A DNA stretch of 34,732 nucleotides from the NCBI GenBank assembly GCA_043800755.1, contig JAZDMQ010000132.1, forward strand, positions 1 through 34,732. Reading direction: 5' to 3'. Shown here in pieces: positions 27,418-34,732 of the stretch; position 1 is the stretch's first letter; every line of letters starts with the position of its first letter. Origin of the DNA: a bacterium. GTDB taxonomy: Bacteria > Methylomirabilota > Methylomirabilia > CAVQYV01. The notes under the pieces were generated by a model. That model made no database searches. It was not told the DNA's origin and saw only the letters and a list, made by a program, of their open reading frames with translations. A program made the position numbers and the translations under genes.

Positions 27418-27443
27418 TTTTTGCCCGGAAAGGAACAGAAAGG

Positions 27444-29222
27444 ATGGAAAAAGGAGAGATGGAGGATCCAATCAGCCGCCGATCCGGGGCTGCGGTCGGT
27501 ATGCCCCAGGGAAAGGTCAAGATGTCGGCCGCGGCGGCCATCGTCAAGATCCTCGAATGGAAAGGGGTAGAGAGGGTCTTCGGTGTCCCGGGGGCAGCTA
27601 TCCTTCCGGTTTATGATGCCCTGCGTGAGAGCCACCAGATCAATTCCTATGTGGTGCGGCATGAGCAAACCGCCGCCTTCGCCGCCGACGCCCATTATCG
27701 AGTGACCGGCAAAGTCGGGGTGTGCCTGGCAACCTCTGGGCCCGGAGGGACCAACCTGGTCACGGGCCTCTATACGGCCTGGTTTGACTCGATCCCCATG
27801 ATCGCCATGACCGGTCAGGTGATCCAGTCCGCCATCGGCACTGGCGCCTTTCAAGAGGCGCCCATCACGGGAATCGTCGCTCCCATCACCAAGAGGGCCT
27901 TTCTTCCCCAGACGGCCGAGGAGATCCCCGCCCTGGTCAATCGAGCCTTCAATATCGCCTCCTCCGGGAAGATGGGACCCATCCTGATCGATCTGCCCGT
28001 GGATCTGCAAAAGGCGACCATCGAAGTGGATTTTTCCGCCTTGGGCGACGACGGCCGGGAGTCCTTCCCCCTCGCCTCAGCCCAGGAGATCGAGCGAGCA
28101 GCCGCGATGATCCTGGAGGCCAAGAGGCCGGTGATCATTGCCGGGGGCGGAGTGGTCCTGGCCAATGCCTGCCCCTGGTTGCGAGAGTTCGCCGAACTGC
28201 TGGCTATCCCCGTCACCTCCAGTCTGATGGGCAAGGGCAGCATCCCCGCGGATCATCCCCTCTATGCCGGCGGCGTGGGCACCATCTGCAACTCCCCCCT
28301 GGGCAACAAGACCCTGTTGGAGTCGGACCTGATCATCAATCTGGGGGGGCGTTTCGGGGATCGGCACACTGGAAAGGTGAACACCTTCCTCCGCGACGCC
28401 AAGGTAATCCATGTCAATCTCGATCCCACCGAGATCGGCAAGGCAGTGGCAACCGATCTGGGGGTGGTCTCCGATGTCAAATACTTCCTGGAGCGAATGA
28501 TCCAGGTCCTCGGTCAGGAAAAGAAGGAGAGGATCCCTCGGCGAGACGAGCGCATCCACCAATTGGCTCTGGATCGCGTGCAGCTGGCCCGACGGGTTGA
28601 CTTCGACCAGGTCCCCATCAAGCCGCAACGGGCCATCAAGGAGCTGCGGGAATTCCTGAATCGGGATGCTATCGTCACCCACGACATCGGGATCAGCCAG
28701 ATTTGGTCGGCTCAACTCTTCGACGCCTATGAGCCCCGAACCTATCTGGTGACCGGCGGAGCTGGTCCCATGGGATGGGGCCTGGGGGCGGCCATCGCCG
28801 CCAAGCTGGCCAAGCCGGAGAGGCAGTGCGTCAACTTCGTGGGGGATGGAAGCCTGGCCATGTCCCTCCAGGACCTGGCCACCGCAGCCATGTTCAAGAT
28901 CCCGATCGTCGTCTTCTTGCTGAACAATTCGCTCCTGGGCCTGATCCGCCAGCAACAGAATCTCTTTTATGGAGAGCGCCACATCTCCACCTTCATTGGC
29001 TACGAGCAGGACAGCCATGACCGGGGGGTGGACTTCATAAAGGTGGCCGAGGGCATGGGCCTCTGGGCAGAGCGGGCGGAGAGGCCGGAGGAGATCAAGC
29101 CTGCCCTGGCAAGGGCCTTTGCTTCGGGACGCCCCAGCCTCCTGGAGGTGGTCGTTGACCGGCAGGCGGTCTGTCCCATGTCCCTGGATGGCACCCTGAC
29201 CGGGGTGAAAGAGACCATCTAA
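27444..29222 (+). CDS. gcl: ThDP enzyme, glyoxylate carboligase-like
   Basis: GVPGAAI, TSGPGGT, FQE, VPIKPQR, AGPMGW, GDGS...NN, LGLIRQ, GVDFIKVAEGMG. Start codon uncertain. Confidence 0.7.
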   Translation: MEKGEMEDPISRRSGAAVGMPQGKVKMSAAAAIVKILEWKGVERVFGVPGAAILPVYDALRESHQINSYVVRHEQTAAFAADAHYRVTGKVGVCLATSGPGGTNLVTGLYTAWFDSIPMIAMTGQVIQSAIGTGAFQEAPITGIVAPITKRAFLPQTAEEIPALVNRAFNIASSGKMGPILIDLPVDLQKATIEVDFSALGDDGRESFPLASAQEIERAAAMILEAKRPVIIAGGGVVLANACPWLREFAELLAIPVTSSLMGKGSIPADHPLYAGGVGTICNSPLGNKTLLESDLIINLGGRFGDRHTGKVNTFLRDAKVIHVNLDPTEIGKAVATDLGVVSDVKYFLERMIQVLGQEKKERIPRRDERIHQLALDRVQLARRVDFDQVPIKPQRAIKELREFLNRDAIVTHDIGISQIWSAQLFDAYEPRTYLVTGGAGPMGWGLGAAIAAKLAKPERQCVNFVGDGSLAMSLQDLATAAMFKIPIVVFLLNNSLLGLIRQQQNLFYGERHISTFIGYEQDSHDRGVDFIKVAEGMGLWAERAERPEEIKPALARAFASGRPSLLEVVVDRQAVCPMSLDGTLTGVKETI

Positions 29223-29258
29223 CTGGGCGGTAACACTCACTATATCGGGGGGAAGAAA

Positions 29259-30170
29259 ATGAAGGAGTCCTTGCAGTCTTATATGAAGGTGGGAATTGTG
29301 CATTTCATGGCCTTTCCTGAGGCGATGAAAGGGGAAGGTAACATCCTGGAGACCGTCAAGAAGATCGCCAACGACGATTTTTTCTCCGCCATCGAGATCA
29401 CCTCCATCAAGGATTCCGCGCAGCGGGAGGCGGTGGGAAAATTCCTCAAAGATGCCCGGATGGCGGTGGGCTTCGGGGGGCAGCCCGCATTGCTCTCCGC
29501 CAAGCTGGATTTGAATAGCCCGGAGGAGGAAAAGCGGAAGGTGGCGGTGGAACGGATCAAGGCCTGCGTGGACGAGGCGCAGACTGTGGGGGCACAGGCG
29601 GTGGCCATGCTCTCCGGTCCGGACCCGGGCGGAAACCGGGAGGCGGGCATCTTTCAACTAATCAAATCCTTGAAGGAGATCTGCCAATACGCCCAGGACC
29701 GTGGAGATCCAGCGATTGTCCTGGAGACCTTCGATTCGGAGATCGATAAGCGCTGTCTCATCGGCCCCTCCCCAGATGCCCTGCGGGTGGCGAAGGAGGT
29801 GCGGGCGGCCTTCCCCAAATTCGGATTGATGGTCGATCTCTCTCACCTTCCCCTGCAAAAGGAAACCCCCCAGCAGGCCCTGGGGATGCTCAAGGACTAC
29901 CTGCTGCATATCCATATCGGCAATTGCGTCATGAAGGACAAGTCCCACCCTGCCTATGGCGATCTCCATCCCGCCTTTGGGGTCCCGGGAGGAGAGGTGG
30001 ATGTGCCCCAGGTGACCGAGTTCTTGAGGGCCCTTTTTGAGGTTGGATATCTGCAGGAGGGGAAGAGGCCGGTGGTGGCCTTCGAGGTGAAGCCTATGGC
30101 AGGAGAGACCTCCGAGGCCGTCATTGCCGGGGCCAAGCGCACCCTGTTGGAGGCCTGGGCCCGGCTGTAA
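29259..30170 (+). CDS. Sugar-phosphate isomerase/epimerase (xylose-isomerase-like TIM barrel)
   Basis: VLETFD, VDLSH, HIHIGN, FEVKP metal-ligand pattern. Confidence 0.85.
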   Translation: MKESLQSYMKVGIVHFMAFPEAMKGEGNILETVKKIANDDFFSAIEITSIKDSAQREAVGKFLKDARMAVGFGGQPALLSAKLDLNSPEEEKRKVAVERIKACVDEAQTVGAQAVAMLSGPDPGGNREAGIFQLIKSLKEICQYAQDRGDPAIVLETFDSEIDKRCLIGPSPDALRVAKEVRAAFPKFGLMVDLSHLPLQKETPQQALGMLKDYLLHIHIGNCVMKDKSHPAYGDLHPAFGVPGGEVDVPQVTEFLRALFEVGYLQEGKRPVVAFEVKPMAGETSEAVIAGAKRTLLEAWARL

Positions 30171-30190
30171 CCGGCCCAGATGCCAAGTCG

Positions 30191-31468
30191 ATGGAAACCG
30201 TAGCCGAGTTTCTCCCTATCTACGATGAGGTTGCCCGGTGCAACCGGTGCGGCTTCTGCCAGCCCACCTGCCCTGTCTATCGGGTGACCGGAAAAGAGGG
30301 GTCGGTGGCCCGCGGGCACCACGCCCATGTGCGGGCTGTGATCGAGGGCAGGCTCGAATTCACCCCCGAGATGAAGGATGCCCTCTTCGAATGCCTCCTC
30401 TGCCGGGCCTGCGTCGCCAACTGCTTCCCCGCGGTGAAGACGCACGAGATCATGGTGACGGCCCGGGCCGCTTATTTGAGGCGGTTTGGCCAATCCCCGG
30501 TCGAGCGCCTGCTCTTTCACGAGCTGTTGCCCTACCCCTCCCGCATGCGCAGGCTGATCACGCTGGCCGCCCTGGGAAAGCTCTCTCGCCTCAGCCACCT
30601 GGCCCGCGCCCTGGAGCTATTCGGCTGGTTCGGAAAAAGGATCTCCCGGGCCGAAGGGCTGGTGGAGGCCCTCCCCCTTCATTCCCTGCGAGAGGAGGTG
30701 GGAGCGCATTTCTCTCCCTCCCCCTTGGGCAGCCAGGGCAAGGTCGCCTATTTCTTCAGTTGCGGTTTCGACCTGGTCCTGCCTCAGGTGGGATGGGCCA
30801 CGCTGCGACTCCTGCAGCGGGCTGGCTACGAGATCGAATTCTTCGACAACTACTGCTGCGGCCTCCCCCCTCACAGCTATGGGGATCTGGAGGCCGCAGC
30901 CAATCTGGTCCGCAAGAACCTGGCCGTCTTCCGCCAGGCCAAGGTGAAGGCCATCGTCACTGAGTGCTCCAGTTGCGCCTCCTTTCTCAAGGAGTACCCC
31001 CACTTGCTCGAGAACGATCCTGCTGCCCATGCCGAGGCCCTCGCCTTTTCCGGAAAAGTCAGGGATTACAACGAATTTCTCCATGAGGAGGGCCTGCCCC
31101 ATCTGCTCCCGCTTCAGCCCTTTTCCCACAAGGTCGCCTTCCACGACCCTTGCCACCTCAGCCGCTATCAGGGCATGGCGCGCTTGCCCCGGCTCCTGCT
31201 CAGATCGGTGCCGGGCCTGGATTTTCGGGAGATGGCGGAGGCCGATTGGTGTTGCGGGGCTGCAGGCAGCTATAACATCATGCATTACGAGCAGTCGATG
31301 AAGATCTTAGAGCGTAAGCTGAATCATCTGGAGAAGACAGAGGCAGAAATCCTGGCCACCTCCTGTCCCTCGTGCATGATCCAGCTCTCCTATGGGATGA
31401 GGAGGAGAGGCCACAAGGGGAAGGTGATGCATCTCTCCCAGATCCTGGATGCAGCCACCTCTCCTTGA
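30191..31468 (+). CDS. glcF: GlcF-like Fe-S oxidoreductase subunit (2x[4Fe-4S] plus two CCG domains)
   Basis: CNRCGFCQPTCP, CLLCRACVANC, CCG, HDPCHL, CCGAAGSYNI, CPSCMIQL. Confidence 0.8.
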   Translation: METVAEFLPIYDEVARCNRCGFCQPTCPVYRVTGKEGSVARGHHAHVRAVIEGRLEFTPEMKDALFECLLCRACVANCFPAVKTHEIMVTARAAYLRRFGQSPVERLLFHELLPYPSRMRRLITLAALGKLSRLSHLARALELFGWFGKRISRAEGLVEALPLHSLREEVGAHFSPSPLGSQGKVAYFFSCGFDLVLPQVGWATLRLLQRAGYEIEFFDNYCCGLPPHSYGDLEAAANLVRKNLAVFRQAKVKAIVTECSSCASFLKEYPHLLENDPAAHAEALAFSGKVRDYNEFLHEEGLPHLLPLQPFSHKVAFHDPCHLSRYQGMARLPRLLLRSVPGLDFREMAEADWCCGAAGSYNIMHYEQSMKILERKLNHLEKTEAEILATSCPSCMIQLSYGMRRRGHKGKVMHLSQILDAATSP

Positions 31469-31488
31469 GTCGTAAAGGAGGGTACCTC

Positions 31489-32304
31489 ATGGCCATCATC
31501 ACCATTTCCAGTCTAATGGGATCCGGACGGGGCACCATTGTCAAGCCATTAGCGGAGAAGCTCGGCTATTCCTATGTAGATAAAGAGGCCATTTTTGCGG
31601 CGGCGGAAAGCTACGGATGGCTGAAGCAATCCCTGGCCAAGATGGATGAACGCCATGTCACCTTCTGGGAAAGGTCGGAGGCCGACCGTCGGAATTACTT
31701 CACCCTGGTGGAGGCAATCATTACCGACTTCTCCCGGAGGGATCATGTGATCATCGTCGGAAGGGGGGGCAATGTCATCCTGCATGGGATTGCTCATGCC
31801 CTTCGGGTAAAGCTCTACGCCCCTTTCAAGGTGCGGGTGAAGCGCATCGCGAATCGGGAGGGGATTAATGAGGAGACGGCGGCCAAGGTCGTGGCCAGGA
31901 GCGACCGGGAGCGGTCCAGCTACATCCGCTATGTCTTCGACGCCGATTCCTTGAACCCGGACCTCTATGACCTTACCCTCAACACCGAGCGCCTTGCGCC
32001 CGGGGAGGCAACCGATCTTTTGGCCGCCTTGGCGGACTCCCCCTCGTGTCGCCCCCAGCCCGCCTCGATGGAGGCGATGGAGGATCTTGCCCTGGAAAGC
32101 AAGATCAGAGCCTATCTGGCAATGGATGGGCGGGTGGCGACTGCCTGGCTGGAAGTCCGCGTGGAAAAGGGGAAGGCAACCCTGGAGGGATTGGTGGAGA
32201 CAGAGCATGAGCGGGCGCTGGCCGAGGAGATTGTGCGGGCCGTCGAAGGGGTGAAACAGGTAGAGAACCTGATCGGATTCAAGCTCTTGGGGACTGGCCT
32301 TTAG
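31489..32304 (+). CDS. Cytidylate-kinase-like protein with C-terminal BON domain
   Basis: IITISSLMGSG, IIVGRGG, SDRER, YDLTLNT, and a BON-like VEKGKATLEG...GVKQVEN. SD AAGGAGG. Confidence 0.85.
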   Translation: MAIITISSLMGSGRGTIVKPLAEKLGYSYVDKEAIFAAAESYGWLKQSLAKMDERHVTFWERSEADRRNYFTLVEAIITDFSRRDHVIIVGRGGNVILHGIAHALRVKLYAPFKVRVKRIANREGINEETAAKVVARSDRERSSYIRYVFDADSLNPDLYDLTLNTERLAPGEATDLLAALADSPSCRPQPASMEAMEDLALESKIRAYLAMDGRVATAWLEVRVEKGKATLEGLVETEHERALAEEIVRAVEGVKQVENLIGFKLLGTGL

Positions 32305-32320
32305 GGGTTTAGGGGGTGAG

Positions 32321-33730
32321 GTGATGAGCTCAAACAACCCATTGCGGGAACACGCGAAGAAGATCTTCGAAGCCGGCTTGGCGGCGGTGAATCCCAAGGA
32401 GGCAGTGCGGCGCCATCTGAGACGGGAAGGAGACCTGTTATCTCTGGGAAAAGAGGCCCTGGACCTGCGAGGCTTCGAGAGGGTCCTGGTGGTGGGGGCG
32501 GGGAAGGCGAGTGCCCCCATGGCGGTGGCCGTGGAGGAGATCTTGGGAGATCGCATCGCCTCCGGCATCGTGAATGTCAAGTACGGCTACACGGATGCCG
32601 TGAAGAAGATCAGGCTGGTGGAGGCCGGGCATCCGGTGCCGGATGAGAAGGGGATGGTGGGCACCCAACAAATGCTGGACCTGGTCTCCGGGGCGAAAGA
32701 GAGCGACCTGGTGATCTGCCTGATCTCGGGCGGCGGATCGGCCCTCATGCCCCTGCCGGTGGAGGGGATCAGCCTGCAGGAGAAGCAAGAGGTCACCAAG
32801 TTGCTCCTGGCCTGCGGGGCCACGATCAACGAGATGAATGCCCTGCGCAAGCATATCTCCCGGGTGAAGGGAGGGCAACTGGCCCGACTGGCCTCTCCGG
32901 CCACCCTCCTCTCCCTGATTCTCTCCGATGTAGTGGGCGACCCCCTGGATGTGATCGCCTCGGGCATGACCGTTCCCGATACCAGCACCTTCGAGGAGGT
33001 CTACGGCATCTTCAAGAAATTCGGCATTTTAGGGAAGGTCCCCCCGAGCATCCTGGCGCACATCGAATCCGGCAAGAGAGGGGAGATCCCCGAGACCCCC
33101 AAGCAGGGAGATCCCATCTTTGCCAAGGTGCACAATCTGGTCATCGGCAGCAATATGTTGGTCTTGCAGGCCGCAGAAAAGACCGCCAGGGGCCTGGGCT
33201 ATCACCCCCTGATCCTCTCCTCCTTCGTTGAGGGGGAGGCCCGGGAGGTGGCCAAGGTCCTGGCCGGGCTGGCCAAGGAGGTGCAGAAGACCGGACATCC
33301 CATAGGGGCGCCGGCCTGTCTCATCTTCGGAGGGGAGACCACGGTGACCCTCCAGGGGAAGGGCATGGGCGGGAGAAACCAGGAGATGGCCCTATCTGCG
33401 GCGCTGCGCCTGGAGGGGATGAAGGATCTGCTATTCCTCAGCCTGGGGACAGATGGCAGCGATGGGCCGACCGACGCGGCCGGGGCAGTGGCGGATGGGG
33501 GGACGACCGCTCGGGCCCAAGAGTTGGGGATGAAGGCCATTGATTACCTGCAGGAGAACGATTCCTATCACTTCTTTGAGCGGCTCGGAGACCTCATCAA
33601 GACCGGACCGACCAATACCAATGTGAACGATTTTCAGGTTATCTTAGTGGGGAAGTGTGGGTCAGCGCCCGGGAGAAAGGAGGCCTGCGTTGGAGAAGAA
33701 ACAGATCAAGATCAGTGTGGGGGGAGTTGA
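32321..33730 (+). CDS. Glycerate 2-kinase (GckA/TtuD, MOFRL family)
   Basis: GAGKAS, EAGHPVPD, LISGGGSAL, SDVVGD, GGETTV, GGRNQE, TDGSDG, TGPTNTNVND. Confidence 0.93.
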   Translation: MMSSNNPLREHAKKIFEAGLAAVNPKEAVRRHLRREGDLLSLGKEALDLRGFERVLVVGAGKASAPMAVAVEEILGDRIASGIVNVKYGYTDAVKKIRLVEAGHPVPDEKGMVGTQQMLDLVSGAKESDLVICLISGGGSALMPLPVEGISLQEKQEVTKLLLACGATINEMNALRKHISRVKGGQLARLASPATLLSLILSDVVGDPLDVIASGMTVPDTSTFEEVYGIFKKFGILGKVPPSILAHIESGKRGEIPETPKQGDPIFAKVHNLVIGSNMLVLQAAEKTARGLGYHPLILSSFVEGEAREVAKVLAGLAKEVQKTGHPIGAPACLIFGGETTVTLQGKGMGGRNQEMALSAALRLEGMKDLLFLSLGTDGSDGPTDAAGAVADGGTTARAQELGMKAIDYLQENDSYHFFERLGDLIKTGPTNTNVNDFQVILVGKCGSAPGRKEACVGEETDQDQCGGS

Positions 33731-34061
33731 GGCCTACGCCGAGCTCAACGATTCGGAGACGGCCCAGGCGGTCTGGGAGGCCTTGCCCTTCGAATCCCAC
33801 GGCAGCACCTGGGGAGACGAGATCTATTTCTCCATTCCGGTGAAGGCCAAGGCAGAGAACCCCCAGGCAGTGGTGGAGGCGGGGGACATTGCTTATTGGC
33901 CGCCAGGATCGGCCTTCTGCATCTTCTGGGGACCGACCCCTGCCAGTCACGGCGATGAGATCCGGCCCGCCAGTCCGGTCAACATCTTCGGCAGGCTCCT
34001 CGGCGATGTCAAGATATTCGATGGGGTGAGATCCATGAGGGTCAAGGTGGAGCGGGCATGA
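33690..34061 (+). CDS. Cyclophilin-like fold protein (DUF369-type)
   Basis: TWGDEIYF, GDIAYWPPG-AFCIFWGPTP, PASPVN. TTG start after GAAAGGAGG. Confidence 0.85.
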   Translation: MEKKQIKISVGGVEAYAELNDSETAQAVWEALPFESHGSTWGDEIYFSIPVKAKAENPQAVVEAGDIAYWPPGSAFCIFWGPTPASHGDEIRPASPVNIFGRLLGDVKIFDGVRSMRVKVERA

Positions 34062-34528
34062 TGGGAAGCCACCAGCCCTTCACAGAAGAAATAAGGCCGG
34101 GCCGGCTCATCCTGACCCGGCTGATGCCCGGGGAGGAGGTCTTCGCGCGCCTCAAGGAGATCTCCCTCCAGCAGGGGATCCAAAGGGCAGCGGTCCTGTC
34201 CGCGATTGGCAGCTTCGAAGAGGTCGTCTTCCGCAACCTTCAGGACGACATCGCCCTCCCCATCCTGCTGGAGAAGACGGTCGAATTCCGACTCCACGGG
34301 CCCTTCGAGGTCCTCTCCCTGGAGGGGAACCTCTTTCCCCTGCAGAATCAACCCTTCCTGCACCTGCACTGCCTGCTCTCTGACTTCAGGGGCCAGGTGA
34401 CCGGGGGCCACCTCTTCTCGGCCCGGGCCTTCTCCACCCTGGAGATCCTGTTGCAGGAGTTGGCCGAATGCTCAACGGTCAAGGAGAAGTCGGAGCTGAC
34501 CGGCCTCAACGAGCTGCTGCGACCCTGA
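34058..34528 (+). CDS. PPC-domain (DUF296) protein
   Basis: RLMPGEE, AIGS, FEVLSLEGN, HLHCLLSD, GGHL. Confidence 0.88.
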   Translation: MMGSHQPFTEEIRPGRLILTRLMPGEEVFARLKEISLQQGIQRAAVLSAIGSFEEVVFRNLQDDIALPILLEKTVEFRLHGPFEVLSLEGNLFPLQNQPFLHLHCLLSDFRGQVTGGHLFSARAFSTLEILLQELAECSTVKEKSELTGLNELLRP

Positions 34529-34732
34529 AGGGATGGGCAGGTCAAAGGAACAAGCGATCCGGCCGTCCACGGAGGGAGACCTCGGGCGGCTAGATCTTCG
34601 CTCACCATCTCCAACCCACCCCAGCCTACGAGGCAATCCCTCGAACAGCCTACCCCCGCCAGGTCAGCCAGCTGGCTTGAACCCTCCTCTTTTATTCTTC
34701 CCTGGCATTCATTTTCCATCCCCTGCGGAAAT

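Noticed and set aside
1..34732. CRISPR arrays, tRNA (including tRNA-Sec) and rRNA genes
   Set aside because: No regularly spaced repeats or cloverleaf/rRNA signatures were seen by eye; tRNAscan-SE or Aragorn would be needed to exclude them formally.

Overview
Chromosomal window from an anaerobic-type, two-membrane bacterium that uses selenocysteine (selB is present; it also has Tat and Sec signal peptides and an outer-membrane beta-barrel). From left to right: a 5'-truncated FIST-domain gene; a structured leader RNA with a short uORF in front of an operon for a Tat-signal 4x[4Fe-4S] subunit, an AOR/WOR-family tungsten oxidoreductase and a secreted lactonase-like beta-propeller; selB and tatA-purC-EamA on the minus strand; a DUF3311/SSS symporter pair; an exported AHL-lactonase-like MBL, panE-like and SDR genes; and an attenuator-type leader before two secreted proteins, one of them DUF362. 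At about 16.0-20.6 kb there is a decayed integron that the ORF track does not reveal. It has a frameshifted 5' fragment of intI, a probable attI, four attC sites and one inverted partial attC. Its cassettes are two ORF-less units, an HEPN (AbiU2-like) pseudogene split by an IS630 element, a membrane protein, mgsA and probably an SDR. The right half holds accessory genes and a long plus-strand run (OM barrel, fsa/tal, FmdB, D-glycerate dehydrogenase, Gcl-like ThDP enzyme, TIM-barrel isomerase, GlcF, CMK-like/BON, glycerate 2-kinase, cyclophilin-like, DUF296) that looks like a variant glyoxylate-to-glycerate pathway. All family calls come from motif recognition by eye; no database searches were run.
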